Shown here: positions 35,385 to 45,754 of the stretch, in pieces
Layout: every line of letters begins with the position of its first letter
Numbering within the stretch: the stretch's first letter is position 1
Position numbers and translations under genes: made by a program
Notes under the pieces: model-generated
What the model was told of the DNA's origin: nothing
What the model saw: the letters and a program-made list of their open reading frames with translations, nothing else
Databases searched by the model: none
DNA from: an uncultured Alphaproteobacteria bacterium
GTDB lineage: Bacteria > Pseudomonadota > Alphaproteobacteria > HIMB59 > GCA-002718135
Length of the DNA: 64,000 nucleotides
Direction of reading: 5' to 3'
Assembly: GCA_902618015.1 (NCBI GenBank)
Contig: CACMYX010000001.1
Location: 252,028 to 316,027, forward strand

Positions 35385-36262
35385 TATTTAATTTTTGATA
35401 TTTCTTTTATAAAGCTATTATAATTTGTCATTTCATTTGAAGAGACTTGGAAAAAATCTTCATATCTTTCAATTTTTCTCAGGCTATCATATGCTTTATC
35501 AATTTTTCTATTTTTTATATAATATTTAATTTCATTTAATAATAAAACTTTTTTATCGATAATTATATTTTCTGAACTAGGTGAAAGATTTATATACGGT
35601 AAAATAATTTTATTGATAAAATTATTATTTTCATTCATGATTTTTTTTAAATATAAATCTACTTCATCTTTAAATTGATTTTCCAAAAAAATATGGCCTT
35701 TATATTTGTTATTTTTTAAAATTGAAATTTTTTCTAAAACTGCATTATTGTTATCTGCTTTAATTTTTTCAATATATTTTAATTCTTTATCAAAACTTAA
35801 ATTATTTTCGTATTTAATTTTTATTAATTCAACTATTTCATTTATTGAATGATTGATTAATTCTGGATTACTTTTTGATAAATTCTGAAGATTTTGATTT
35901 TCAATTGAAACTATTTTAGAATTTAAGTTTTTAAAATTCTTATTTAATATATCGATACTTTTATTAATTGCAGCTAAATCAATATCAGCTTTTCTATCTG
36001 AGTTTTCTTTAATAATTTTCTCAATATTTAACAAAGTTGTTTTTGTTTCAACTATTTCCTTAGAAATATTTTTTATATATTCGCTATTTTCATTAATATT
36101 TGCTCTCAATTTATTTTCTAATTCATATTGATTTTCAACAATCACATCTTCATTACGATAGTTAATGTAAATTATATAAATTAAGAAAAAAACAGATATT
36201 AAAAGAATAAAGTTTAAGGAATATTTAGTGAAAACATAAAAACTATTAAAAAATTTTTTCAT
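35384..36262 (-). CDS. membrane-anchored coiled-coil protein (HemX-like / alphaproteobacterial Mic60-like candidate)
   Basis: One N-terminal TM helix, then a long coiled-coil-prone K/E/N-rich region. 1-nt junction overlap with the HemY-like gene. Confidence 0.45.
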   Translation of the reverse strand: MKKFFNSFYVFTKYSLNFILLISVFFLIYIIYINYRNEDVIVENQYELENKLRANINENSEYIKNISKEIVETKTTLLNIEKIIKENSDRKADIDLAAINKSIDILNKNFKNLNSKIVSIENQNLQNLSKSNPELINHSINEIVELIKIKYENNLSFDKELKYIEKIKADNNNAVLEKISILKNNKYKGHIFLENQFKDEVDLYLKKIMNENNNFINKIILPYINLSPSSENIIIDKKVLLLNEIKYYIKNRKIDKAYDSLRKIERYEDFFQVSSNEMTNYNSFIKEISKIK

Positions 36263-36323
36263 TTTCTTTTTTTAGCATTATTAGTTTGTTGTTTAACAGA
36301 GTAAAATACTATACCAAAAAATT

Positions 36324-37334
36324 ATGCTTATTTTTGCTACAGAATCTTCATGCGACGAAACATCAATATGTCTAATGAAAGACAAGAAAATTTTGGAACA
36401 TAAGACTTTTTCTCAGGAGATTCATAAAATACATGGTGGCGTTGTTCCTGAGCTAGCATCTAGAGCCCATTTAGAAAAAATTCAAACTATGACAGAAAAT
36501 CTATTCAATAAGACAAATATAGAACCAAATAAAATAGATGCATTTACTGCTACTTGTGGTCCAGGGCTTATAGGAAGTTTATTAGTAGGATCAACTTTCA
36601 CTAAATCTTTAGCAATTTCATTTCAAAAACCATTTATTCCAGTCAATCATCTAGAAGGGCATATCCTTTCCACAAGTTTTAACAATGATATTAAATTCCC
36701 AAGTTTGATATTGCTTTTAACAGGAGGGCATACTCAGGTATATTTAATGGAAGATGAAAGAAAAATAGAGCTTTTGGGACAAAGTGTTGATGACGCAATA
36801 GGAGAAGCTTTTGATAAAACAGCAAAACTACTTGGACTTTCATATCCAGGTGGAGCTGAGATTGAAAGAGAGGCGATGGATGGAGATGAAGACAAATTTA
36901 TTTTACCAAAACCATTAGTAAATGAAAAAAATTTTAACTTTTCATTTTCTGGAATTAAAACTCATATAAATCTTTTAACAAAAAAAAATAAAGTTAATAA
37001 AAAATTTATTAAAGATTTATCTGCATCCTTTCAAAAAAGTATTACAGAATTACTAATAAAGAAAATTGCAAGAGGATTAGAAAGACTTAAATTAGAAAAA
37101 AAAGACATAAGATCTATTTCAGTAGTTGGTGGTGTATCAAATAACAAATATATGAAAAATAAAATTGAGAATTATTTTTTTAATAAAAATATTGAAATAT
37201 ATTATCCGTTAAAGGAAATGATGATTGATAATGCTGCAATGATTGCTTGGGCATGTATAAAATTTTATAACAAAGAAAAAAACGATTTGTTTTTTAAACC
37301 AAAACCTAGATTAAGTGTAAGAAGTATATTATAA
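36324..37334 (+). CDS. tsaD: tRNA N6-adenosine threonylcarbamoyltransferase
   Basis: ESSCDETS, GPGLIGSLLVG, NHLEGH and GGVSNN motifs of Kae1/TsaD. Confidence 0.92.
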   Translation: MLIFATESSCDETSICLMKDKKILEHKTFSQEIHKIHGGVVPELASRAHLEKIQTMTENLFNKTNIEPNKIDAFTATCGPGLIGSLLVGSTFTKSLAISFQKPFIPVNHLEGHILSTSFNNDIKFPSLILLLTGGHTQVYLMEDERKIELLGQSVDDAIGEAFDKTAKLLGLSYPGGAEIEREAMDGDEDKFILPKPLVNEKNFNFSFSGIKTHINLLTKKNKVNKKFIKDLSASFQKSITELLIKKIARGLERLKLEKKDIRSISVVGGVSNNKYMKNKIENYFFNKNIEIYYPLKEMMIDNAAMIAWACIKFYNKEKNDLFFKPKPRLSVRSIL

Positions 37335-37372
37335 ATTAATTAATTAAATAATTTCTGATAATAAGTAATATA

Positions 37373-37780
37373 ATGAAATATTGGTTATTAAAATCTGAAC
37401 CAGATACTTGGTCATGGGATGATCAGGTTAAAGAAGGTCCATCAATGTGGGAGGGTGTAAGAAATTATCAAGCTAGAAATAATTTAATGAAAATGAAAAG
37501 AGGCGATTTATGTTTTTTTTATCACTCTGTTTCAGAAAAAAAAATTATAGGTATAGTTGAGGTTGTAAAAGAATATTATCGTGATCCAACTGATGAAACT
37601 GGAAAATTTGTAGTTGTCGATGTGAAAGTTAAATATAAACTAAAAAATACAGTTTCTTTAGAACAGATTAAATTGAATAAAAAACTAAATCAAATAGCGC
37701 TTGTTAAACAAAGTAGATTATCTGTAATGCCAATATTAAAATCAGAATGGACAGAGATATTAAAAATTTCCAACAAATAG
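37373..37780 (+). CDS. EVE domain protein
   Basis: MKYWLLKSEP..W.W and GD..FFYHS patterns of the EVE (PUA-like) fold. 135 aa. Confidence 0.8.
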   Translation: MKYWLLKSEPDTWSWDDQVKEGPSMWEGVRNYQARNNLMKMKRGDLCFFYHSVSEKKIIGIVEVVKEYYRDPTDETGKFVVVDVKVKYKLKNTVSLEQIKLNKKLNQIALVKQSRLSVMPILKSEWTEILKISNK

Positions 37781-38665
37781 ATGAGTAAACATATTTTTTG
37801 GTTAGCTTCATATCCAAAAAGCGGAAACACACTTATGAGAGCTATAATATCATCTCTGTTTTTTACTGAAAATGGTATTTTTGATCTAAAATTACTTGAA
37901 TCAATTAGTCAATTTGAATCGACTTATAATATTTATAAAATAAAAAAAAATATAGGAGATGATTTATATAAATTAAATAACATTTCAATTTTTTATAAAT
38001 ACTTATTAAAAATACAAGAGAAAAACAATCTAAACTTTAAAGAAGATTTTAAATTTTATAAAAGTCATTCTGGTAATTTCAGCATTGAAAACAATCCTTT
38101 TACTTCAGATAAAAATATAAGGGGTGTAATATATGTTATTAGAGACCCAAGAGATGTTTGTGTTTCTTGGGCAAACCATAGTGGATGTTCATATGATCAA
38201 AGTATAGATTTTATGACTAATGAGTTACAATCATTATTATGGATAAAAGGAAAAAATAATATTTTTGAAGATCATAATATGCCACTATCTTTTCTCTCGA
38301 GTTGGGATAAGCATGTAACTTCTTGGACTGCTAATAATTGGACGTTTCCTTTATTAATAATTAAATTTGAAGATTTGATAGATAACAAAGAAGAATCAAT
38401 AAGAATTATAGCAAATTTTTTTACAGAAAAGTTTGGTTTTCAGTTTCAAAATTTAGATGAAAAGATAGTAAATATTCTGAAAACTACAAAATTTGAAAAG
38501 TTAAAAGAAAAGGAGTTGAAAGATGGTTTTGATGAAGCACAAAAAGATAGGCAATTTTTTAAAAGCGGAAGAAAAGAACAGTGGATAAATAAATTAAATA
38601 AAAGCCAAATATTAAAGATAAAAGAAAAATTTAAAATTGTTATGAACAAATTTAACTATAAATAA
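37781..38665 (+). CDS. sulfotransferase domain protein
   Basis: 5'-PSB motif SYPKSGNTL and 3'-PB motif IRDPRDVCVSW (PAPS binding). The start codon directly abuts the EVE gene stop. Confidence 0.75.
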   Translation: MSKHIFWLASYPKSGNTLMRAIISSLFFTENGIFDLKLLESISQFESTYNIYKIKKNIGDDLYKLNNISIFYKYLLKIQEKNNLNFKEDFKFYKSHSGNFSIENNPFTSDKNIRGVIYVIRDPRDVCVSWANHSGCSYDQSIDFMTNELQSLLWIKGKNNIFEDHNMPLSFLSSWDKHVTSWTANNWTFPLLIIKFEDLIDNKEESIRIIANFFTEKFGFQFQNLDEKIVNILKTTKFEKLKEKELKDGFDEAQKDRQFFKSGRKEQWINKLNKSQILKIKEKFKIVMNKFNYK

Positions 38666-38703
38666 GTTGAAGTTTTAATTTTTTAGAAATACTCTAACAA
38701 ATA

Positions 38704-40626
38704 ATGAAAATTAAAGAAAATTGGATTATAGAAAGCAAGATAAATAAAGATGATTATTCTACACTTTATAAAGAATCAATTGATAATGGTGATGAGTTTT
38801 GGAGTAAACAGGGTGATAGGCTAAGTTGGTTTAAAAAATATAATGAAATTAAAAATGTTAAGTACTCAAGTAATGAAGTAAATATTAAATGGTATGAAGA
38901 TGGCAAACTAAACGTATCGTATAATTGTGTTGATAGACATGCTAAAAATGATCCTAACAAAGTAGCAATCATTTGGGAAGGTGATGACCCTGAAGATACA
39001 AAAAAAATAACATATAAAGAACTTCTAATAAATGTATCAAAGGCGGCTAACGTATTAAAAAAAATTGGTGTTCAAAAAGGTGACAGGGTAACAATTTATT
39101 TAACGATGATACCTGAGCTTGCATATATAATGTTAGCATGTTCGAGAATAGGGGCCATTCATTCAATTATATTTGGTGGTTTTTCTGCAGAATCTATTTC
39201 AGGAAGAATACAAGATTGTGGATCAAAATATATTATTACTGCAGACGAAGGTGTTAGGGGTGGGAAAAAAATTCCTTTAAAGCTTACTACAGATAAAGCA
39301 TTAGAATCATGTCCTGATGTAGAAAAATGTTTGATTATTAAAAGGACTAATAAAAAAATAGAGTTGAAGAAGGGCAGAGATTTTTATTATAACGAACTTG
39401 TTAAAGATGTGAGTGATCATTGTGAACCAGAAGTTTTAAATTCTGAAGATCCGCTATTCATATTGTATACTTCAGGTTCAACAGGTAAACCAAAAGGTGT
39501 AATGCATACTTCTGGAGGATATTTAGTTTATGCATCGATGACACATGAATATATTTTTAATTATAAGCCTGGAGACATTTATTGGTGTACAGCAGATATT
39601 GGTTGGATAACAGGTCACAGTTACATAATTTATGGACCACTTTCTAATGGAGCTACTACACTAATGTTTGAAGGTGTTCCAAATTATCCTGATTTTTCTA
39701 GGTTTTGGCAAATTGTAGATAAACATCAGGTTAATATTTTTTACACAGCACCAACCGCGATTAGAGCGCTTATGCGTGAAGGAGATGAATATGTTAACAA
39801 AACAGATAGATCATCTTTAAAACTATTAGGTAGTGTTGGTGAGCCTATAAATCCAGAAGCTTGGAAGTGGTATTTTGAAATTCCGGGAAAATCAAATTGT
39901 CCTATAGTTGATACATGGTGGCAAACTGAAACTGGTGGTATTATGATTTCCCCACAAACAGGAGCAATGGAATTAAAACCAGGCTCTGCATCAAAACCAT
40001 TTTTTGGAATTGAGCCTTGTATAGTTGATAAAGATGGAAAAGAATTAGAAGGTGAATGTGAAGGTATGCTATGTATGAAAAGATCATGGCCAGGTCAAAT
40101 GCGAACTGTGTATGGTGATCACGAGAGATTTATTAATACTTATTTTTCACAATTTGATGGCAAGTATTTTACTGGTGATGGATGCAAAAGAGATAAAGAT
40201 GGTTATTACTGGATTACAGGAAGAGTTGATGATGTTATAATTGTATCTGGACACAACTTAGGTACTGCAGAAATAGAAAGTGCTTTTGTATCTCATAAAG
40301 ATGTATCTGAAGCAGCTGTGGTTGGTTACCCTCATGAAATAAAAGGAAGTGGTTTATATTGTTATGTGTCTTTAAAAGTCGGAGTTAATGAAACAGATGA
40401 ATTAGTGAGAGAATTAAAAAATACTATTAGAGAGAAAATTGGGCCTATTGCTTCACCTGATTTTATACATATTACTTCTGGCCTACCTAAAACCAGATCA
40501 GGAAAGATAATGAGAAGAATTTTGAGAAAAATAGCTTGTAATGATTTTGAAAACTTAGGGGATACGTCAACTCTAGCAGATCCTTCTGTCGTTAATGATT
40601 TAGTTGGGAATAGGAAAAATAAATAA
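38704..40626 (+). CDS. acs: acetyl-CoA synthetase
   Basis: 640 aa. [14 protein letters not shown]-binding motif, WWQTETGG, and C-terminal [11 protein letters not shown]. Confidence 0.95.
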   Translation: MKIKENWIIESKINKDDYSTLYKESIDNGDEFWSKQGDRLSWFKKYNEIKNVKYSSNEVNIKWYEDGKLNVSYNCVDRHAKNDPNKVAIIWEGDDPEDTKKITYKELLINVSKAANVLKKIGVQKGDRVTIYLTMIPELAYIMLACSRIGAIHSIIFGGFSAESISGRIQDCGSKYIITADEGVRGGKKIPLKLTTDKALESCPDVEKCLIIKRTNKKIELKKGRDFYYNELVKDVSDHCEPEVLNSEDPLFILYTSGSTGKPKGVMHTSGGYLVYASMTHEYIFNYKPGDIYWCTADIGWITGHSYIIYGPLSNGATTLMFEGVPNYPDFSRFWQIVDKHQVNIFYTAPTAIRALMREGDEYVNKTDRSSLKLLGSVGEPINPEAWKWYFEIPGKSNCPIVDTWWQTETGGIMISPQTGAMELKPGSASKPFFGIEPCIVDKDGKELEGECEGMLCMKRSWPGQMRTVYGDHERFINTYFSQFDGKYFTGDGCKRDKDGYYWITGRVDDVIIVSGHNLGTAEIESAFVSHKDVSEAAVVGYPHEIKGSGLYCYVSLKVGVNETDELVRELKNTIREKIGPIASPDFIHITSGLPKTRSGKIMRRILRKIACNDFENLGDTSTLADPSVVNDLVGNRKNK

Positions 40627-41178
40627 TTATCTAGGTTGCCAATGTTTAAGGCATCGTGGTTCATAAATATTAGCGGCACCAACCTGAGTTCTTTCACCGC
40701 CCTCAGTTTTTCTAAATGTTTTAGTAGCTTCCAATCCACAAACGTTACAAAAACCATATATTTTTATAATTTTATCAGATAAGCCAAGTAACATTGAAGA
40801 AGTTTCCCAAGGCTTTCCTCTTGAGTCTTGATCAAGTCCAGCACAAACAACATCTATACCTCTGCTTAAAATTGTTTCTACGTTGCTAAGAGTATCTTTT
40901 GTATCCATAAACTGAATTTCATCTAGAAAAACCATGTCAACTTCACTTTTCTCAAAAACAAATTTTTGTAAAGTTGTTTCCCAGTCATTCATTGCATAAC
41001 ATTCATGACTGAGATCATTATGAGTAATAATTTTTTCATTCGAATATCTATTATCGATACTTGGTTTGATTACTATAATTCTTTTATTTTGGTGTTTAGC
41101 CCAAAGAATTCTTTTTAGAAGCTCACTTGTTTTGCCCGCAAACATAGCGCCGACTATAGTTTCTAAATTTCCTCGCAT
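40627..41178 (-). CDS. tdk: thymidine kinase
   Basis: GAMFAGKTSEL P-loop, FLDEIQF, and zinc cysteines C.VCG...C..H. Its stop abuts the acs stop with no spacer. Confidence 0.9.
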   Translation of the reverse strand: MRGNLETIVGAMFAGKTSELLKRILWAKHQNKRIIVIKPSIDNRYSNEKIITHNDLSHECYAMNDWETTLQKFVFEKSEVDMVFLDEIQFMDTKDTLSNVETILSRGIDVVCAGLDQDSRGKPWETSSMLLGLSDKIIKIYGFCNVCGLEATKTFRKTEGGERTQVGAANIYEPRCLKHWQPR

Positions 41179-41247
41179 AAGTCAATATATTTTATTTTTA
41201 TTATTTATTATATAATTATTTAAAATAAATATAGATAATTTGCTATA

Positions 41248-42516
41248 ATGATAAAAGGGGAGAAAATTAGATTTGAAATACACAATATATTATTTTCAAT
41301 TTATAAATTTAATAAAACACTAAACAATCCTTCAATTAAAAAAATTATTGATAAACAAGATAAAGAAAATATTTCTTTTTTGTATAATGTAACATTAAAT
41401 TCCATGAGATATCACTTACATTGTATCAGGATTATAAATAATTATATAAAAAAAAAATTGAGAGATCAGGAAAAAATCTTGTTAATCAGTGCAATAACTC
41501 AAATAGTTTTTTTAAATTTTAAAGAATATGCTGTAATTAATTGTTCAGTTGAAATAGCTAAGAAATTAAAACTTTATCCGGGTTTAATAAATGCAACATT
41601 GAAAAAGATTGCTAAAAATAAAAATAAATTAAAAGAAATAAAAATACAATTTAGTGACTTTCCATCATGGTTTCAAAAAGAAACTGCATTTTTATCAGAT
41701 AATAAAAAGAGAGAATTTATAAATAATTTTTATAAAGAACCTGATATTCATATTGTTTTTAAAAATGAAGAAAAGTTTAAAAATTTTGAAGAAAAGTTAA
41801 TTAAAACATCAAGTATATCTGGTTTTTTATTAGATAAAAAAATAATTAAAAATAAAAAATCATTTATTGATGGGGACTGGTGGGTGCAGGATTTTAGTTC
41901 TTTCTTTCCATTACATAACTACAAAGTTAAAAATAGAAATATGAGATTTTTAGATGCTTGTGCAGCTCCAGGAGGGAAGTCATTTCAATTGTTATCAAAA
42001 AACTGTGAAGTTGTTCTTAATGATAAAAATCAAAATCGAATTAAGATACTTAAATCTAATTTGAAAAGATTAAAATTTAACTCTAAAATATTGAATAAAG
42101 ACTTCCTAAAATTTGATGAAAAGGAAAAATTTGATGTAATTATAATTGATGCTCCATGCTCATCAATAGGTACAATAAGAAGAAATCCCGAGATATTCTT
42201 TAAAAATAAAAATCCAAATTTTAGACAGCTTATTACATTACAAGAAAATATGTTAAAAAAAGGATCACATTTACTAAACAAAGACGGTTGTATAATCTAT
42301 ATGACGTGCTCATTTTTAAAAATTGAAACATTGGATCAAATATCTAAGTTTCTCAAGCAAAATAGTAACTTCATACTTTCTAATTTTAAATTAATAAGTA
42401 ATCCTTTTAATTACTCAAAACTAATAAAAAATGACTTCATGATTACTTTGCCAAATAATATATTTGATAAAAATATAGATGGGTATTTTGCTGCTTATCT
42501 AAATAAAATAAAATGA
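41248..42516 (+). CDS. rsmB: 16S rRNA (cytosine-C5) methyltransferase RsmB/Sun family
   Basis: NusB-like N-terminal region. LDACAAPGGKS SAM motif, DAPCSS and TCS catalytic cysteines. Confidence 0.8.
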   Translation: MIKGEKIRFEIHNILFSIYKFNKTLNNPSIKKIIDKQDKENISFLYNVTLNSMRYHLHCIRIINNYIKKKLRDQEKILLISAITQIVFLNFKEYAVINCSVEIAKKLKLYPGLINATLKKIAKNKNKLKEIKIQFSDFPSWFQKETAFLSDNKKREFINNFYKEPDIHIVFKNEEKFKNFEEKLIKTSSISGFLLDKKIIKNKKSFIDGDWWVQDFSSFFPLHNYKVKNRNMRFLDACAAPGGKSFQLLSKNCEVVLNDKNQNRIKILKSNLKRLKFNSKILNKDFLKFDEKEKFDVIIIDAPCSSIGTIRRNPEIFFKNKNPNFRQLITLQENMLKKGSHLLNKDGCIIYMTCSFLKIETLDQISKFLKQNSNFILSNFKLISNPFNYSKLIKNDFMITLPNNIFDKNIDGYFAAYLNKIK

Positions 42517-44045
42517 TATTAATATTTAAGAAAATATTATTTATATTTATTTTTTACAGATTTAGATCAAAAAAAAATTTATCATATTTGGATCTAAATT
42601 TTCGAAAAATAGATTTTACAAATTATAATCTAGTAAAATCATTTATTTTCAAAAAAAATTTTTATAAAAATAAAAATAAAAATATTCATGGTTTTGATTT
42701 TTTAAATTTCTCAAATAAACTTGGTGGTAAAATAGGAATTAATTTATCAAAAGAAGCTGTATTTGGTTGGTATAAAATATACAAAAATAAATTAGGTTTT
42801 CCTTGGTCAGATGATTTGTCATCCAAAAGACTAATAAATCTTTTATATAATTATGAATATATAAAATCTTCATCAAAAAAAGATGATATAAAAAAATTAG
42901 ATTTAATTATTTATAAACATATTCAAAGAATATTATTTGATTTTAATACAAAAAAAATAAGTGAATTTACCTCATTTGATCTTATTGCATACTTATTATC
43001 AAATTTAATTTTAAAAAAAACAAATGCAAAAGAAATTGACTACATAAAATTCATTGTTGACAATCAGGTTGATAAATTGGGAATGCATAAAAGTTACAAC
43101 ATACTGGAGCATTCTAAATTTATAAATAATTTAAATGAGATAAGAAATATTTTACTCTTTTTTAATTCAGAAAAAATAGGCTTATTTGATGAGCAAATTC
43201 TTAAAATGACTTCTATTTTGAAAGAATATTTTCATGTTGATGGAACTATACCTTTATTTAATGGATCAAATAATATTTACACAAGAAGTATTTACAACTC
43301 TTTGAATAAAGAAAACTATTTGAAAAAGAGAGAATTTTTAAATATTAAAAATGGAATTGCATTTTACTCAGATAAAAATAGAAAAGTTTTCTTTGATGTA
43401 GTGCAACCAAATAGTGATTTAATAAGCTCTAATTTAAGTTCCGGAACTTTATCTTTTGAATTAAGTGGTTTTGGAGAAAAGGTAATTACTAACTGCGGAT
43501 CATCAGAAAGTTTTGGTAAAAACCCGGAATATTTAAGATATAGTGCCGCTCACTCAACAATTATTATTCAAAATACTAATATAAGTGAGATTAAAGAAGG
43601 CAATCCACACATAAAGTTTCCTCAATCAGTTGTTTTTCAGAAAGAAACAGATAATGAGAAAGAAATATTTGAAGGATCTCACAACGGATATCAAAAAAAA
43701 TTTAACAAAATTATTAAAAGAAAATTAATTATCCATAAGAATTCAAACAAAATAGAAGGCGAAGATAGTATTATTTCATACAAAGAAATTAAAAATAGAT
43801 TAATTTATCATATAAGATTTCACTTAACTGATGGAATGGTTCTTAATTTTACAAATAATAAAAAAAATATAATACTTAAAACAAAATTAAATAATATTTG
43901 GATATTTAGATGCGATACTGAATTAATAATTGAAAATAGTATTTCAGTTGACAATAATACCACAAAACCTACTAAACAAATAGTAATTAAAGGTATACTG
44001 TCAGATAAAAAAATTATAACAAAATGGGCTTTAGAAAAAATTTAA
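42513..44045 (+). CDS. heparinase II/III-like family protein
   Basis: GTLSFELS..G...I.N.G, AAHSTIII and GSHNGY patterns. Position between rsmB and purH is as in many alphaproteobacteria (recalled synteny). Confidence 0.55.
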   Translation: MILIFKKILFIFIFYRFRSKKNLSYLDLNFRKIDFTNYNLVKSFIFKKNFYKNKNKNIHGFDFLNFSNKLGGKIGINLSKEAVFGWYKIYKNKLGFPWSDDLSSKRLINLLYNYEYIKSSSKKDDIKKLDLIIYKHIQRILFDFNTKKISEFTSFDLIAYLLSNLILKKTNAKEIDYIKFIVDNQVDKLGMHKSYNILEHSKFINNLNEIRNILLFFNSEKIGLFDEQILKMTSILKEYFHVDGTIPLFNGSNNIYTRSIYNSLNKENYLKKREFLNIKNGIAFYSDKNRKVFFDVVQPNSDLISSNLSSGTLSFELSGFGEKVITNCGSSESFGKNPEYLRYSAAHSTIIIQNTNISEIKEGNPHIKFPQSVVFQKETDNEKEIFEGSHNGYQKKFNKIIKRKLIIHKNSNKIEGEDSIISYKEIKNRLIYHIRFHLTDGMVLNFTNNKKNIILKTKLNNIWIFRCDTELIIENSISVDNNTTKPTKQIVIKGILSDKKIITKWALEKI

Positions 44046-44629
44046 AGAAAAAGTTTGCATTAATTTCTGTATTTGAAAAAAAAAATTTAAATTATCTTTG
44101 TTCATACCTAGACAAATTTAATTATAGTTTTCTATCTAGCGGTTCAACTGGAAATAAAATACGAGGTATGGGATTCAAATGCAAAGATGTTTCTAAACTA
44201 ACTAACTTTAAGGAAATGTTTGAAGGAAGAGTAAAGACATTAAATCCTTTAATATATAGTTCATTACTTTATATTAGAGATAACGAAAATCATAAAAAAG
44301 AATTTTTATCATTAAATGTGCCAGAAATAGATATTGTAGTTGTTAATTTATATCCATTTAAAAAGTATATGAAAAAAAATAGAAATGATGATGTTTTAGA
44401 AATGATAGATATCGGTGGGCCTAGTTTATTAAGGGCTGCGGGTAAAAATTTTAGATATATAACTCCAATAATGGACACAAAAGATTATAAGAAATTAATT
44501 GAAAATTTAAAAAAAAATAATGGTGTAACTGATATTAATTTTAGAAAAAAAATGTCTTTTAAGGTTTTTAGTGAAACTTCCAAATACGATAAACTAGTAT
44601 CTAAGTGGCTAAATGAAAAATATAAATAA
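44024..44629 (+). CDS. purH: IMP cyclohydrolase (MGS-like N-terminal PurH domain) as separate ORF
   Basis: ALISVFEK, GRVKTLNP, VVVNLYPF and IDIGGPSLLRAAGKN correspond to PurH residues ~1-200. The ORF ends at TAA 44627-44629. Confidence 0.8.
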   Translation: MGFRKNLKKKFALISVFEKKNLNYLCSYLDKFNYSFLSSGSTGNKIRGMGFKCKDVSKLTNFKEMFEGRVKTLNPLIYSSLLYIRDNENHKKEFLSLNVPEIDIVVVNLYPFKKYMKKNRNDDVLEMIDIGGPSLLRAAGKNFRYITPIMDTKDYKKLIENLKKNNGVTDINFRKKMSFKVFSETSKYDKLVSKWLNEKYK

Positions 44630-45530
44630 AAAAATTAAGTTAAGGTATGGTGAAAATCCAAATCAAACAGCATTTATAAAAAATAATTCTAATAAATCTA
44701 TATTTGATTATCAAATAAGTGGTAAAAAAATAAGCTACAATAATTTAATTGATATAGATAGTGGTTTAAAGTGTTTAAAAGAATTTAAGGAGCCTACTTC
44801 AATTATTATAAAACACACAAATCCTTGTGGAGTAGCTTCTGCAACCAACATAGGTAAGGCTTTTTTAAATTGTTACAATTGTGATCCTAAAAGTGCATTT
44901 GGTGGTATAATTTTTTTAAATAGAAAATTAAACTCAATATTAGCCAAGAAAATTTCTAAGAAGTTTTTTGAAATGGTTGTTGCATCTGATTTTGAAAGTG
45001 AAGCTATAAATATTTTAAAAAAGAAAAAAAATTTAATCTTATTAAAAATACCTTTTTTAAAAAAAACATTTGTTGAGTATAAATCTACTCTTTTCGGTGA
45101 ACTTTATCAAACAAGAGACATTACCCCTGTAAATAGAAAATTTATACAACTTGTATCTACCAAAAAAACATCAAAAAAATCAATTGATGACTTAATTTTT
45201 TCGCTAAAAGTAGTAAAACATTTAAAATCTAACGCAGTGGTATTAGCAAGAAATAAACAAACCTTAGGTTTGGGTCATGGACAGACGAACAGAATAGATG
45301 CATTAAATTTTGCCATAAAAAATAAAAAAAAATATTTTAAAAAAAGAAACTTTGTTTGTGCTTCAGATGGTTTTTTCCCATTTACAGATAGTATAAATTT
45401 ACTTTTTAAAAATGGATGTAATATTGTAGCTCAACCAAATGGGTCTATTAACGATAAAAAAATAATATCTTTCGCTATCAAAAATAAAATATCTTTATAT
45501 TTTACTAAAAATAGGCTTTTTAAACATTGA
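44613..45530 (+). CDS. purH: AICAR formyltransferase (C-terminal PurH domain) as separate ORF
   Basis: LRYGENPNQ, KHTNPCGVA, SAFGGII, ASDGFFPF and the C-terminal ..F.H ending correspond to the PurH AICARFT domain. Its ATG lies inside the upstream ORF (17-nt overlap, different frame). Confidence 0.8.
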   Translation: MKNINKKIKLRYGENPNQTAFIKNNSNKSIFDYQISGKKISYNNLIDIDSGLKCLKEFKEPTSIIIKHTNPCGVASATNIGKAFLNCYNCDPKSAFGGIIFLNRKLNSILAKKISKKFFEMVVASDFESEAINILKKKKNLILLKIPFLKKTFVEYKSTLFGELYQTRDITPVNRKFIQLVSTKKTSKKSIDDLIFSLKVVKHLKSNAVVLARNKQTLGLGHGQTNRIDALNFAIKNKKKYFKKRNFVCASDGFFPFTDSINLLFKNGCNIVAQPNGSINDKKIISFAIKNKISLYFTKNRLFKH

Positions 45531-45754
45531 TTAAAAAAGAAAAAATTCCCAAGTATTTAATACATTTAATTAAAAAATATCCAAAAATTACTTCAGGAAG
45601 AAAAAATTTTCTTCAGCACCATACTAGAATTACAAATACTCTTAAGATAGTAAAAAAATATTTTAATCATAAAGAATAGATTAGAAAAAGATTTAAAAAA
45701 CTTAATTTATTTAGTTTTGTTTACTGTAAATAAAATTTGATATAAACATATATT

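Noticed and set aside
40362-40757. Minus-strand ORF 40362-40757 spanning the acs/tdk junction
   Set aside because: It overlaps the well-supported 3' ends of both acs ([11 protein letters not shown]) and tdk. It has no motifs and is a frame artefact.
45531-45754. A fourth att copy or decayed tRNA fragment marking the far end of the glycan island
   Set aside because: Reading both strands found no recognisable part of the 51-mer. Only a weak resemblance exists (attttcttcag versus ccttttcttaag), which is not above expectation in AT-rich DNA. The palindrome GAAGAAAA..TTTTCTTC there is more simply a weak purH terminator.
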